The notes under the pieces: model-generated
What the model was told of the DNA's origin: nothing
Databases searched by the model: none
What the model saw: the letters and a program-made list of their open reading frames with translations, nothing else
Program-made: the position numbers and the translations under genes
In this document: positions 49,247 through 62,570 of the stretch, piece after piece
Numbering within the stretch: position 1 is the stretch's first letter
Layout of the letters: each line of letters opens with the position of its first letter
Assembly: GCF_964213995.1 (NCBI RefSeq)
Contig: NW_027590388.1
Span: forward strand, 124,001-188,000
Direction: 5' to 3'
Length of the DNA stretch: 64,000 nucleotides
From: Mustelus asterias
Taxonomy: Eukaryota

Positions 49247-49684
49247 TGAGGTGAACAGCGTGAATACATTGAAGGGGAAGCGAGATACATACATGAGGGA
49301 GAAAGGAATAGAAGGATATGCTGATGGGGGGAGATGAAGAGGGGTGGGTGGAAACTTATGTGGAGTATAAATAGTGACACAGACTGATTGAGCCGACTGG
49401 CCTGGCCCTGTGCTGTCGACTCAATGGAACAGAGACAAATGTATTTTAGATCTACCTGGAGTGCTATTAAAAGCACTATTTACTATCCAAGATAAAATAA
49501 ATGTCCTTCATCAGCTTTTGTGGGTCATTTCAGTAGAAATGTGCTCTCCCAGGCTCAAAGTGCATCAACCCACTGGAATCAACATCGAGAGACCAGCCAG
49601 TCCAACAGAAAGAAACTTCACCAAAATGATTCAGTCCTGGACATGATGAACAGCAGCAATAACAGCAGAATCCAACCCCTGTCA

Positions 49685-50878
49685 TCATTTGTGAACTTGC
49701 TGATGTCTCAGCAGCTGTGATGACTGAGTGAATACCTTCCCGCACACAGAGCAGGTAAACTGTTTCTTCCCAGTGTGAACCCGTTGGTGTGCCCACAGGT
49801 TGGATGAATTACTGAATCCCTTCCCACACTGAGAGCAGGTGAATGGTCTCTCTCCAGTGTGAACTCGCTGGTGTGTCTGCAGGTGGGATGACTGAGTAAA
49901 TGCTTTCCCACAATCAGAGCAAGTGAATGGTCTCTCCCCAGTGTGCACTCGTCGGTGTTTCTGCAGATTGGATGCATCTGGGAATCCCTTCCCACAATCG
50001 GGGCAGGTGAACGGTCTCTCCCCAGTGTGAACTCGCTGGTGTATCAACAGATGCGATGAATCAGTGAATCCCCTCCCACATTCGGGGCAGGTGAATGGCC
50101 TCTCCCCAGTGTGAATTCGCTGGTGCATCAACAGATGGGATGAGCGACTAAATCCCTTCCCACAGGTAGAGCAGGTGAATGGTTTCTCTCCAGTGTGAAC
50201 TCGTTGGTGCATCAGCAGACTGAATGAATCACTGAATCTCATCCCACACATTGAGCAGGGGAATGGTCTCTCTCTGGTATGAACCCTCTGGTGCATCAGC
50301 AGGTTGGATGAATCAGTAAATCCCTTCCCACACTCGGAGCAGGCGAACGGCCTCTCCCCAGTGTGAACTCGCTGGTGCCTCAACAGGTTGGATGAATCAC
50401 TGAATGCCTTCCCACACTCAGAGCAGCTGAATGGTCTCTCCCCGGTGTGAATGCGCTCGTGTGACTGGAGGTGGGATAACTGAGTGAATTCCTTCCCGCA
50501 CTCCGAGCAGGTGAACCGCCTCTCCCTGGTGTGAACTCGCTGGTGCATCAACAGGTTGGATGAATCACTGAATCCCTTTCCACAATCGGAGCAGGTGAAT
50601 GGCCTCTCCCCAGTGTGAACTCGCTTGTGTGTCTGCAGGTGGGATGAACTTGTGAATCCTTTCCCACACTCAGGGCAGGTGAATCGCCTCTCCCCTGTGT
50701 GAACTCGTTTGTGTGTCTGCAGGGAGGATGAATGAGCGAATCCCTTCCCACACTCCAAGCAAGTGAACGGCCTCTCCCCAGTGTGACTGCGTCGATGAGT
50801 TTCCAGCTGATATGGGAAATTGAATCCTTTACCACAGTCTCCACATTTCCATGGTTTCTCCATGGTGTAGGTGTCCAT
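49685..50878 (-). CDS. C2H2 zinc-finger protein, 14 fingers (ZNF-9)
   Basis: Intact 397-aa ORF; paralogue of ZNF-2 with three extra fingers. Confidence 0.92.
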   Translation of the reverse strand: MDTYTMEKPWKCGDCGKGFNFPYQLETHRRSHTGERPFTCLECGKGFAHSSSLQTHKRVHTGERRFTCPECGKGFTSSSHLQTHKRVHTGERPFTCSDCGKGFSDSSNLLMHQRVHTRERRFTCSECGKEFTQLSHLQSHERIHTGERPFSCSECGKAFSDSSNLLRHQRVHTGERPFACSECGKGFTDSSNLLMHQRVHTRERPFPCSMCGMRFSDSFSLLMHQRVHTGEKPFTCSTCGKGFSRSSHLLMHQRIHTGERPFTCPECGRGFTDSSHLLIHQRVHTGERPFTCPDCGKGFPDASNLQKHRRVHTGERPFTCSDCGKAFTQSSHLQTHQRVHTGERPFTCSQCGKGFSNSSNLWAHQRVHTGKKQFTCSVCGKVFTQSSQLLRHQQVHK

Positions 50879-51699
50879 GTGTCTCTCCCAGTTTGACAGT
50901 CAGTTGAAGCCTTGTCCATACATAAAAAACCTGAATAGTGACTAGTGATGTCTTTTCAAGCTGTGTAACTGGTTGAAGCTTTATTCCACAGTCAGTGCAC
51001 AGGAACACCCACTCATGTCTGTGTCTCCACGTTTTCCAATCACACTTATGGTTGAAATCTCTTGAAGCAGACAGAACAGAGAAATATTTCTCTTTATAGA
51101 TTCCAAAGGCTGATGTTGTTCAGGTCCCGATTTATCAAGTTAATCTGGCAGATCACCACGAGTATTTGTTTTGAGAAGTCCAATTCTGATATTCTGTAAA
51201 ATGAGTTCCAAAATTCATCACTGTCAGTGCAACTTAGAAATTCAGAAAAGACAATTCTAGTTTTTATAGAAAATTCTTTACTTTCTCCCGCCATTCTTAC
51301 CCTGCATCTAATACACATCATAGAACAACACTCGACATATCCCTGTCCTGTATTAATTTACTGTCTCCTTAATATCAGCTATCTCCTGGGGATCCACCCC
51401 TTTAATTGTGACCATTACGAATATAGACCATCCTTTTAGCCAGACAAATAAATGTATTAAGCTGAGGGAGCTAAAGAATGTTAATGTCTTTAAAAGAGAA
51501 AGACTTGGGGCAACCTTTCCAGAGTCTGCAGCCTCCCTGGATTCACTTCCTTTCCCTTCAGTTGCTGCAAGTCCCCAATTTCCCCCAGAATGAGAAAAGA
51601 AATGGAAAGGGGGTTGAAAAGAAAGTGTTTTACTCACAGATGTCGGAGACAGGAGGACGTTTCTGTCTGCATGAAGCTCAATCTGCATTGTCACAAAGA

Positions 51700-51925
51700 C
51701 AGCATTCTGATTGGCTGGAGGACCAGAGGGCTTCCGGTCCTCCAACTATTCTCATTGGTGAATGTCTCACGCGACATAATGGTGGGTGGGACCTCCTCCG
51801 TACATGCGCACCTTCCCTCTCCCCTGGACATGCGCATTCGGGGTCGCCTGCTTGCGTGGCGAATAGAGCGGTTTCCCCAGCGCCGTGGATTGTGGGTATG
51901 CGGCTGCCATTATTCAGCCGTCTCC
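51700..51925. promoter_or_regulatory. CpG promoter with CCAAT boxes and NRF1-like motifs
   Basis: gattggctggaggacc ~51709, cattgg ~51753, catgcgca ~51803 and ~51829; lies upstream of ZNF-9. Confidence 0.6.
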
Positions 51926-52984
51926 AAACTCCTGGGACTGGGGTGAAAATTCGTGGGTTTGGGTTTGGTACCTGTGGGTTATAACTGGATTTGATTGTGA
52001 CGCCCCTTTCGCAAAAGAGCTTGTTAAATACAGCTGTAAAGATTTGGACAGTGGCACAGTGGTTAGCACTGCTGCCTCACAGCGCCAGGGACCCAGGTTC
52101 AATTCCAGCCTTGGGTGACTGTCTGTGGGGAGTTTGTACATTCTCTCTGTATCTGTGTGAGTGGCTGGGCTTCCCCGTCTTGCCAGCGGTTGACATGAGC
52201 TGGCCATGTCAATGATGAACCTCATGCAGGAGGACACCAAGGCAGCCTCATGCAGGAGGACACCAAGGGCAGCCTCAAGGCTGGTTTGGCCCTTCTGGTT
52301 CCCCTCTCCCCCTGCTCCAATGGCACAGACATTTGGAAATATGTAACCAATGTCCAACTCCTCAGTGCCAAAAGATATTGCTGATTTTTAAAATTACTGC
52401 CTCTGAAAACTGGCATGGTTTGCAGAGATTAACAATTTAATGCACTTAACTGGACAGACTGGAAAATGCCCACATCTTTTCTCTGTCGAGTTAATCCACT
52501 CGAATGATCATCTGATGAGTCAGCTGACACTGTCCCATGCAGGGAGCCTTTTAAAGTGCTGGCCGTGACCTTGTTCTGGGTCACTGCCTGCAGTCTACAA
52601 CACTAGACATCCCACTCTCCAACACTCATTGAGCAAAATGAAGGTCTACAACCCGCCCTTGCTGCTAATTGGTGACAATGAATGTATTATCAGACACGCA
52701 GTGATGGCGACCCAGAAGTCGGAATGCTGCCGAATTCCGGATGTGGAATGTGCTGTCATAGAAGCGAGAAGCAGGAGTAGGCCATTTGGCCCTTCAAACC
52801 TGCTCCACCATTCATTATAATCATGGCTAATCATCGAATTCAATGGGCTGATCATCGAATTCAATATCCTGATCCCACATGACTGCATTGTTCAGCTGTT
52901 GGAAGTTACCTCAAAACTGATTGCAAACGTTTATGTCTCTGATGTAAATCACCATTTAAAGTCAATAAGGCTGAGTGTAATTAT

Positions 52985-53122
52985 TGAGCTCTGATGGAGG
53001 GTCATCTAGACTCAAAATGTTGGCTCTATTCTCTCTCCACAGATGCTGTCAGACCTGCTGAGATCCCAGCATTTTCTGTTTTTGTTTCAGATTCCAGCAG
53101 CCACAGTAATTTGCTTTTATCT
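52985..53122 (+). mobile_element. Short shark interspersed repeat with a decayed hammerhead-like core
   Basis: gagct-ctgatgg-agggtc/atcta/gactc-aaaa-tgtt-ggctc, then ctctctccacagatgctgtcagacctgctgag; related pieces at 25160-25220 and 59733-59830 (minus). Confidence 0.5.
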
Positions 53123-53429
53123 TAAGAGATTATTCCTCAAATTGAAATTGACAAAATAAATTGATATGAATGGCTGATTTGAACATCCAAAGGGAAAGTT
53201 TAAGGGAATAATCACATTGTCAGAACAAAAAGAAACTAACAACTAACAGCCAGGTGGTTCCTCAGTGTCAAAAACGATTTCTTTTTCACAATAATATTTC
53301 TACTTGAATTTGGGTTAATTTCGGAAAAAAAGTCAGAGAAAATTTGTGTTATCTTTAGGAAATAAAAGACCATCTAAAACAAAGATCTTGATAATGCCTG
53401 AAATCAAATATGATTATAATATATGAAAT

Positions 53430-53710
53430 ATGATATGGGGAAGTTTAGGAGTGAGAGGAGGAGAAATTTCTTCATGCAGAGAGTGGTGAACTTGTGGAAT
53501 TCGCCAGCACAGAAGGCTGTGGAGGCCAAAACATTAGAAATATATCTGTTTACCTTCTGAGATATATTCAGACTCTAAAAGCCTCAAGGAGTTTGGGGGG
53601 ATCAGTGGAGAATGGTGTTGAGATAAGGGATCAGTCATGATCATATTGAATTGCAGAACAGGATTGAAGGGCCAAATGACCTACTCCTGCTTCTATTTTC
53701 TATGTTTCTG
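53430..53710 (+). mobile_element. CR1 3' fragment
   Basis: RRNFFMQRVVNLWNS translation; tcctgcttctattttctatgtttct tail. Confidence 0.75.
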
Positions 53711-53898
53711 GAAGTCAACAAAACAAGAATCTCATCAGGACTGTTGTTAAAAATGGAAACGAGGAATTACACATCTTCAGCCTGATCAACCAACATAAAT
53801 TATAAAAGTCTGTTTTCTTAAGTATATTTTTCCATTCTATATTGACAAGTATTTTTCTTTTAAATAAGCTTCCTTCAATTGATTATCTAAGATTCCTG

Positions 53899-54117
53899 TC
53901 ATAGAATCCCTACAGTGCTGAAGGAGGCCATTCGGCCCAGGGAACCTGCACCAACAACAATCCCACCCAGGCCTAACCCCATAACCCATTTACCCTGCTA
54001 ATCCCTCTGACACTAAAGGTCAATTTAGAATAGCCAATCAACCTAACCCACACATCTTTGGAGTGTGAGGAAATCAGAGCATCTGGAGGAAACCCACGCA
54101 GACATGGGGAGAATGTC
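53899..54117 (-). mobile_element. HE1-like SINE fragment
   Basis: catagaatccctacagtgc...ggaggaaacccacgcagac. Confidence 0.75.
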
Positions 54118-54169
54118 TTATCCAGTGGTTAAAAGTCTTGTTTAAAGTAAAATAACTGAGGGAGTTGTT

Positions 54170-54760
54170 TACAGGCATCGGTGAATTGGGCTGATTGCAG
54201 ACAGAATGAGCAGGACAGTGAGAGAGAGCTGTGTCTGCACTGGCGCAGAGACAGAAATCCGATTGGAGGGTTGAAACATGGAGTTACAGGATTTGGGAGG
54301 TGACAAGGACGTTACAGGGGAAAAGACGATTAGAGATTGGGGCGGGAGTTTACAAGGATATTGGGAGTTAAGGGTTGGTTTCATTGGGGGAGGGTGCTGG
54401 TGATGATGGCAGAACTGAAGGACATAGGAATACCTGAAGGGAGAGAACCATGAACGATATCAGTGAAAATAGGGAAGTTGGGTGAGGAGCAGTTTAGTGG
54501 GAATAAGGTCGAGGGAGGAGGTGGGATTGCTGGAAAGATATACTCTGAGAGGATACAAGGAGAGATAGGAGAGAATTGAAACAAAGGATCAAATTCAGGG
54601 CTACAGCAAAGGGGGGTCATTAGAAAGAGTTTGGCTCGGTGGGCTAGGGGAAGGGAGGGAAGCAGTAGAGGCAGCTGATTACATTGTCTAAATCTTAATG
54701 ACAAAGAAGCTCCATGAGCTCCTCACACTGGAGGTGAAGATGGAGGAGACAGAGGAAAGA
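54170..54760 (-). mobile_element. Degenerate L2-like fragment
   Basis: Purine-rich plus strand; minus strand resembles L2 ORF2 (SL.SG....F..A.I, P.....Y.....L). Confidence 0.5.
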
Positions 54761-55925
54761 GACCTTCAAAGGATCCAAATTGTGTTTGAGATATTAAAAA
54801 AGCTCAACACTCTTCATGTCGAACACAAACTGAATTTATTTTACATAACAATGTATAACTTAACATTTATAACTATGCTTTGTTTATTAACAGCAATACT
54901 GTGATAACTTTCCACACAAATATGAACATACAAATTAGGAGCAGGAGAAGGCCACTCGGCCCCTCTAGCCTGCTCCACCACTCAATAAGACCCTGGTTGA
55001 TCTGATTGTAACCTCAAATCCACATTCCTTTTACCCCCTGTTAATCAAGAATCTATCCAGCTCTGCCTTCAAAATATTCAAAGACACTGCTTCCAATGCT
55101 TTTTGAGGAAGACCCAGAGACTCGCTGCCCTCTAAGAGAAAACATTTATTTCTCATCTTTGTGTCAACTGAGCAACATTTTATTTTTCAATAATGTATTC
55201 AATAATAAGTATTAGATTCGCTCACATGAGAAATCATCCTCTTTAAATCGATCCTGTCAAAATACCTCAGGAACTGAAAAAGATTTCAATCAAATTGCCT
55301 CTTACTCTTTTAAGCTCCAGCAGATACAAGCTCAGGCTACTCAGTCTTTCCTCATAAGACAACCTCCCATTTCTGGTATAGTCTAGTAGACCTTCTCTGA
55401 ACTGCTTCTAACACATTTACATTCTTCTTTAAATAAGGAGACAAATACTTTAATCATATTCCAAATCGCCAGTGTTCTGTAAAGCAGAAGCATAAGCTCT
55501 GTTTTGTATTCAATTCCCCTCACAATGAACAATAACATTATGTTAACTTTCCCAATTACTTGCTGTACCCTTCTACTAGCCTTTTGTGACTCATGAACCA
55601 GGACACTCAGAATCCTCTGACGGGGAACTGAATTTCTCCTCACAGTCTCCACATTTACACGGTTTCTCCCTAATGTGACTGTGGATGTGAATGGTGCTGT
55701 TTCCTTCCATGTTCAAAATTCTCTGCTGTTAAGGTTACGATAAATTGTGCAGCTCCATCCAATCCTGATATTCTGTGTGAGTATCCTGACCCCAAATCCT
55801 CCTTCTAAGCCAATTATATTAACACCTATAACAGAGCTGGAGTTATTTTTCAATTCAGCAGAAACAGACCCAAATGAACATGGTTAAGTCTGAATATGAT
55901 TAACTGCAAAATCCAATCACAATAG

Positions 55926-56510
55926 TTACTTGTGAATTTGCTGGTGTTTTCGCAGCCTGGATGAAGTAATGTATCCCTTCCCACACTGGGAGCAAGTGAA
56001 TGGCCTCTCCCCAGTGTGAGTTCGCTGGTGATTTAGCAGTGTGCATGAGGTAATAAATCCCTTTCCACACACAGAGCAGGTGAATGGCCTCTCCCCAGTA
56101 TGAATTCGCTGGTGTTTCAGCAGCATGGCTGAGGTAGTGAATCCCTTCCCACACTGGGAGCAGGTGAATGGCCTCTCCCCAGTGTGAACTCGTTGATGAT
56201 TTAGCAGCGTGGATGACTGAGTGAATCCCTTCCCACACTGAGAGCAGATGAATGGCCTTTCCTCAGTATGAATTCGCTCGTGTATCGCTAGGTTGGATGA
56301 CTGATTGAATTCCTTCCTACACACAGAACATGTGAACGGTCTCTCCCCTGTGTGAATTCGCTGGTGTTTCAGCAGATGGGATGAGGTAGTGAATCCCTTC
56401 CCACATTGAGAGCAGGTGAACGGTCTCTCCCCTGTGTGAATGCGTCGATGAGTTTCCAGGTGGGATGGGTAATCAAATCCCTTCCCACAATCCTCACATT
56501 TCCAAGCCAT
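55926..56510 (-). CDS. C2H2 zinc-finger protein, 7 fingers (ZNF-10)
   Basis: Open from the ATG of MAWKCEDC at 56510; the family start is mutated (ATA) and the leader finger is frameshifted at a (GT)n run; paralogue of ZNF-3. Confidence 0.75.
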   Translation of the reverse strand: MAWKCEDCGKGFDYPSHLETHRRIHTGERPFTCSQCGKGFTTSSHLLKHQRIHTGERPFTCSVCRKEFNQSSNLAIHERIHTEERPFICSQCGKGFTQSSTLLNHQRVHTGERPFTCSQCGKGFTTSAMLLKHQRIHTGERPFTCSVCGKGFITSCTLLNHQRTHTGERPFTCSQCGKGYITSSRLRKHQQIHK

Positions 56511-58409
56511 CTCCCTGTTGCGATTGCAATTATGTTCCGAAAGGCCAGATGATTGGGTGAAGTCTTGTCCACACACACAGAACACGTGTACAGTTTCTCT
56601 CCACTGTGAATGGTGCTTTTTCCTTCTATATTCAAAATACAATGATATTCAGGTTACAATAAATTGGTCGACTCAATCAGGTCTGAGATCACATTTGATT
56701 TCTGTTTACCAACTGCAAATCCCCCTCTCCTAAAATGCTGTGAAATTGATTTAGAACAGAAAAAAACTCATTTTCTTCTCATGCAACTGGCAAACATTAT
56801 TTTATCTATGGAAAGAGACATAAAGTTAAAAGGCAAAAGCGATCGAAGGATATGGGGGTTTGGGCTATTATCATAATGAATAGAAGAGCAGGCTTGAAGG
56901 GCCAAATGGCCTACTCCTGATCCTATTTTCTATGTTTCGATGGAACTCAATGTCTATGAGGATGGTGGAACAGGAGACAAATGGTTTCAAAATGAGATTG
57001 GATCGGCACACAAAGGAAATGAACATGCTGCATTAATGGAGATATAGAGGGGAATGGGGCTGAGTGATCGCTTTGCAGAAAGTTGACATGGACTCAAGTT
57101 CCTTCTGAAGTGTGGAGTCTATGACTGGAAATGTATAACATCGCTGCAGTACCAGATTACAAGAATGGAAATAATAAATACATTATTTTACTGAAATATA
57201 AATATTAGACCTAATACGTACTATAAAACAACACTGGATATATCTCTTCTTGTGGCGTCCCAAGCCAACTGATAACTCTAAAATAAACACATTTCCAGAC
57301 AATTCCAAGGATAAAATGAGTGAGGTTTCACTTTTTAAAATGTTTCATTGTAAAAGTCAAAATAAAAGCAACATAAATGAATCAGGCATTGACAGACAAA
57401 TAGCATTTGAATAGATGGGATACTTTTTACTTCAATAAAACCAGTCTCCACAAAATCACCAGCAATTCCTCCCTTAGAATTCATGGCACTAATTTAATTT
57501 ACTACAACTCTCTGTATTTCCCAGAGAGAAAAAACACAGGAGAATGGCACTCAGTCAAAATGCTCATTTGAAGAGTCGGGTACAGATATAATGTTCTAAA
57601 TGGCCCGTATATATTTATACATTTGCATATTTAATGGATAATAAATGTGTGTAATATACAGCTCTCTGTTATGTGATTGGCGAGATAGGGATCAGTGAGG
57701 AAGAACTTTGTTTAGGCCCTGGAACTTGCTGCTGATGAGAGTGGTGCAACAAGAGATGATCAGTGATTTCAAAATGAAATTTGATGAACACTTGAAGGAA
57801 ATAAACTTTCAGGGAAATGGGGATATCGAGGGGGTATGGAATTGACTGACTTTCTGTACAGAGGGTTGGTATTGACTTGAGTTGCCAAATAGATTCATTT
57901 TGTGCCACAGTGACTCTGTGGCTGGAAATATAAAACAGCAACGCTGCTATATATTTCAAGACAAGAAATAATTATAATGAACTTCAGAGAATCATAAATG
58001 ATTTTGTGTGTGCCATATGACCATACTATCTCTGTCCTCAGTTGATTTACTGTTCCTTTAAACGTCATCCATCTCTTGGGAAAACGTTATAATTGTGAAC
58101 ATTAGATAGGAGGCCATCCTATTAACCAGACAAATAAATGTGTCAAACTGAGAGCTAAAGGATGTCTTTGAGAGAAAAAGGAAAACTTCCCCCTCTGGCC
58201 AACATCTGTGAGGAAAACACTTTCTTTCTCCCCCTGGGAAATACAGAGAGTTGTGGGACTCTGTAACTGGAATTAGAGCCAAATATACTGAGGGGGAAAT
58301 GTTTGTGATTTTGTGGAATCTGTTTTTATTGTTTGAGCTATTTAATGACAAAGTTATCATGCGCATTCAAATACAATTTGAATGTCATTGCATGATTCAG
58401 CAATGTTCA

Positions 58410-58713
58410 AAGAATCCCTAAAGTACAGGAGGTCATTTGGCCCATCGAGCCTGCACTGACATCAATCCCACCCAGGCCCTAATCCTTCAACTCCACGTAC
58501 TACCCTGCTAATCCTCCTGATACTAAGGGCAATTTAGCATGGCCAATCCACCTAACCCTCAGATCTTTGGAGTGTGGGAGGAAACCAGAACACCCTGAGG
58601 AAACCCACACAGACACAGGGAGAATGTGCAAACTCTACACAAGGCCAAATTTGTACCCGGGTCCCTGGTGCTGTGAGGCAGCAGTGCTAAACACTGTGCC
58701 ACTATGTTGCCCG
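58410..58713 (-). mobile_element. HE1/V-SINE-type SINE
   Basis: Minus-strand gggcaacatagtggcacagtgtttagcactgctgcctcacagcaccagggacccggg head. Confidence 0.8.
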
Positions 58714-60612
58714 TTTGATAATTTTAATTAGATTGTTACAGAAAAAGTTTTTAAAATGTGAAATGTTGTCCTTCGGTTTATTCCATTGAGTTTCTCTGGG
58801 AATTTATTTGCTTTAAGGTAATTGGTCTCCACAAAGATCATACCAACAGGGATACATCTAGTGTTATCCTTTGGTACATTAGTATAATATTTCTGTCATT
58901 TGTTCTTATTTCTGGTCTGGTACTTTGGAACTATAGCTATATTCTATATTTCCAGCATTAGATCCATGATGGCAGATGAGTCAATTAGTCAACTGGAATC
59001 CATGCTAACTCATTATAGGACAATCCAGTTAATCCCATTCCCACTATGTATCTCCGTAGCCCTGCAAATTTATTTCCTTCAAGTTCCATCCAATCTTGTT
59101 TTGAAATAATTAATTATCTCTGCTTCCACCACCCTCATTGGCAGCCAGTGCCAGGTCGAGATCGCTCACTGCCTGAGGAGTGGTCTTCCTCATAACCCTG
59201 TATCTGGAAATTACACTGACATTTAGTCCAATAAATATATATACATGTGAGCAGCTGGCATGAAGACGGTGTGTGTGTCCTGGACAGGAAGCAGTGAGCA
59301 GGGATCTGTTGATCAACATGAATTAGCACCTTCAGGAGAATTGGGAGGATATATATTAGAAATAGCAGAATGAGAAAGGAGAGAGTGTGTGGGATGGAGA
59401 TTTACAACTTTGGGAGAAGGAGCGAGGAAAGAATATTCCATAGAAACTAGAATTGTCTGTTTTGAACTTCTATCCTGCACTGATAGTGATGCTTTTTGTC
59501 AAGCCTTTTAAAGTATATCAGAAAAGGGAGGATTTACAGAGTGAAATCCCAACAAACATCACATCCAAGATCTGATAGTCACTCAATTATTGGTGCCTCA
59601 ATTTCGTCTGCATTTGAAACTTCTTCAAATAGTTTAAACATCAGTGTGACTGGAGAGAACACACGCGCGCACGCACACACACTTTCTATGTCATCCTTGA
59701 TGAAGACCGACACACATTTGTTTAATAATAAATAAGAACAGGAAATGCTGGAGAAATTCAGCAGGTCTGGCAGCATGTGTGGAGAGAGGAGTACGGTTAA
59801 TATTTTGAGGCCATACGAACTTCTACAGAACTGTTTCTTTTCTCAGCCATTTCCTCATTCGCCATTATCAATTCTGTGGTAACAAACACACATTTTTTCT
59901 TTCTTTTTCATGCATCATGTTTTTACAGTCAGTTTTTATGCTTTTTACCAGTTCTTTCTCATTGTTTTCTTTTTCTTTATCAGTTCCTTTGTGCCAAATT
60001 CTAAAAAGATCCAAATCCTCTGGCTTAATACTTTTCTGATCACTTTGTGAGCCTCTTCCTTTGATTAATGCAAATATTTACTTCTCTCGATAACCACAGT
60101 TGCAATCACTATTCCTGCAGGACTTTTGTCTTTAAAGGAATGCACACTTGTTATAAATCATGTATTAATTCCTGAAATGTTAGGTATTGCCTATCTTCTA
60201 TCATATCTTTTAATGTAGCTTCCCATCTACCTAAGCTAACTTTCCCCTCAAATCTTTGAACTTTCCTTCTATGAGGAACACTCAGCTGAATTAAACAAAA
60301 GAACCTATTAAACACCACAGCCCATCTCCATGGCAACATGGCATGCTTTGGGGTGTTCCAAATAGAAATGCAAAGTAAATATCTTTGACCTCCCAAACAT
60401 CCTTTCATTCTATGATTCAGATGAAATATCAAACTAGAATTTTGCAACAAGGCTCTAAGAGTATCAAACCATTGGAAGCAAAGTTCCGAGACCAGCCAGT
60501 CCACCTGAAAGAAACATTCTGACACTCCCACTTTGCCACCTGTCAGAATGAACATGGCTGAGTCCCAGAAGTGATTAATAGCAGGAACAATGGCAGAATC
60601 CATTCTCTGTAA

Positions 60613-61155
60613 TCACTTGTGAACTTGCTGGTGTGTCTGCAGATGGGATAACTGAATGAATCCCTTTCCACACAAGGAGCAGATGAATGGCCTCTCCCCA
60701 GTGTGAACCCGTTGATGTGTCAGCAAGTTAGATGATTGAGTGAATCCCTTCCCACACTCAGTGCAGGTGAACGGCCTCTCCCCAGTGTGAACTCGCTGGT
60801 GCATCTGCAGGGTGAACGATTCAATGAATCCCTTCCCACATTCAGAGCAGGTGAATGGCCTCTCTCCACTGTGAACTCGCTGGTCTGCCAGCAGATGGGA
60901 CAACAGAATGAATCTCCTGCCACACTCAGAGCAGTTGAATGGTCTCTCCCCAGCGTTAACACGCTGATGTGTCTGCAGGCTGCATAAGCGACTGAATCCC
61001 TTCCCACACTCAAAGCAGGCGAATGGCCTCTCTCCAGTGTGAAGTCACTGGTGTGTCAACAGATTCCATGAGTGAGTGAATCCCTTCCCACACACAAAGC
61101 AGGTGAACAGCTTCTCTCCACTGTGAACTCGCTGGTGCATCCGCAGGTTGTTTAA
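60613..61155 (-). pseudogene. 5'-truncated ZNF pseudogene (ZNF-11)
   Basis: About 6 fingers ending HQQVHK*; in-frame TGA near 61047; the 5' end is replaced by a Rex1/Babar fragment. Confidence 0.8.
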
Positions 61156-61159
61156 ATGC

Positions 61160-61425
61160 AAAGCAGCCAGCATAATCAAGGACCCCACACACCCTGGACC
61201 TAAGGTCATGCACCAACTGACTCAAAAACAGCTTCTTCCCTACTGCCATCTGACTCTTGAATGGACTTACCTTGCATTAAGGTCATTCTCCGCACCCTAG
61301 CTATGACTGTAACATTACATTCTGCACTCCTTTCCTACGTATGGTATGCTTTGCCTGTACAGTGCGCAAGAAACAATACTTTTCACTTTATAGTAACACA
61401 CGTGACAAGAATAAATAAAAAATCA
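61160..61425 (+). mobile_element. Rex1/Babar-type 3' fragment
   Basis: aaagcagccagcataatcaaggacccc...aacagcttcttccc, as at 3124-3438. Confidence 0.7.
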
Positions 61426-62019
61426 ACAGTCTCCAGACTCTCCACTCTTCATCCACAGTTTCAGCCACTCTCCCCTTGTGTTCACCTGCATTTTTCCAGA
61501 CTCTGCGTTTCATCATGTTTTCCAGATATCTCCCCCACCCCAGATTGTTCACCTGCAGTTTCCAGGCTCCCCAGGCATGTGCTCACTTACAGTTTCCTGC
61601 CACCCCACCCCACCCACATTCACCCAGTGTTTAGGCCCCCTTCTGAACCTGTGTTCACCCACAGTTTCCAGCTCCCCACGCCAGCTTACCCACAGTTAGC
61701 AGGCCCCACACAATGCTCAATTTGTCAGCAACAGCACCACACTATGCATGCTCAGAGCACAGGCCGATTCCATACCTGTGCACTGGGTACCTAGAATCAT
61801 GCATAGGGACTTTATGGGGTGCTCTGGGTAACTAATGCAGCATTGACAGAGTGAATTTCAGATAGATCATTAATGTTTTAGCATTCCAATTGAGATCAGG
61901 AAGAGAGCAGACAGACTCAATATGAAAAATCATCACGATCTGTTCAGGATAGAATTCAGATGAGAGACATTTCTCTTGGTTTGAGTTTTGCAGATAGAAA
62001 TTCATTCCTTTCCTCTGCT

Positions 62020-62570
62020 GGCAGGGAGCACTGCGCATGCGCACTGTTGCAACCTCATGCGATCAAGAGGCAGCCTTGACCCCAGGTCTGTCATCAAAAA
62101 ACTCGCAGCTTCTCTTCCTGAAAACACGGAACCGATAGCTTCTTATTCGGATCGTGAATCCTCCAGAAGGTGTTAATGGAACCTCCCAGTCCACTCACCG
62201 GCTCTGTTCCTCTCCTGTCCGGGCCTCATGTCTCCCTGCGGATTCCACACCACTGTCTGCATCCGCACTGCGCATGCTCCAGTCACAGCCCCGCACAGAG
62301 CCTGCGCAGCGGGCTCCGGCAGAGGTTAGGGCCCCGCCCCTCATTCACTCCTATTGGTTGGAAGACCAGCCGCTCCAGCTCGGTCCTCCAGCCCCGCCCC
62401 TCATTCACTCCGATTGGTTGGAGGACCAGCCGCTCCAGCTCGGTCCTCCAGCCCCGCCTCTCATTCACTCCGATTGGTTGGAGGACCAGCCGCTCCCGCT
62501 CGGTCCTCCAGCCCCGCCCCCTCACATTGTTCCGGAATCTCACTCCGCCGCTTCCGCCTTCACCCCCAGC
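62020..62570 (+). promoter_or_regulatory. CpG promoter of ZNF-12 with NRF1, Sp1 and CCAAT motifs
   Basis: tgcgcatgcgca ~62032; actgcgcatgctc ~62268; four gccccgcc boxes and three attgg boxes. Confidence 0.7.
62331..62524. repeat. 60-bp tandem repeat x3 plus a partial (GC box and CCAAT box)
   Basis: gccccgcccctcattcactccgattggttggaggaccagccgctccagctcggtcctcca at 62331, 62391, 62451; partial at 62511. Confidence 0.95.

Noticed and set aside
47018-49476. 724-807 aa ORFs as genuine mucin-like or metal-binding proteins
   Set aside because: They are translations of a 33-bp CR1-derived minisatellite absent from the paralogue; no independent coding evidence.
52220-52280. 26-bp tandem duplication cctcatgcaggaggacaccaaggcag
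   Set aside because: Only two copies inside an unclassified repeat fragment; unremarkable.
61430-61720. 177-aa Pro-rich ORF and loose cagtttcc repeats
   Set aside because: Low-complexity C-rich sequence fused to a LINE tail; no clear period or domain.
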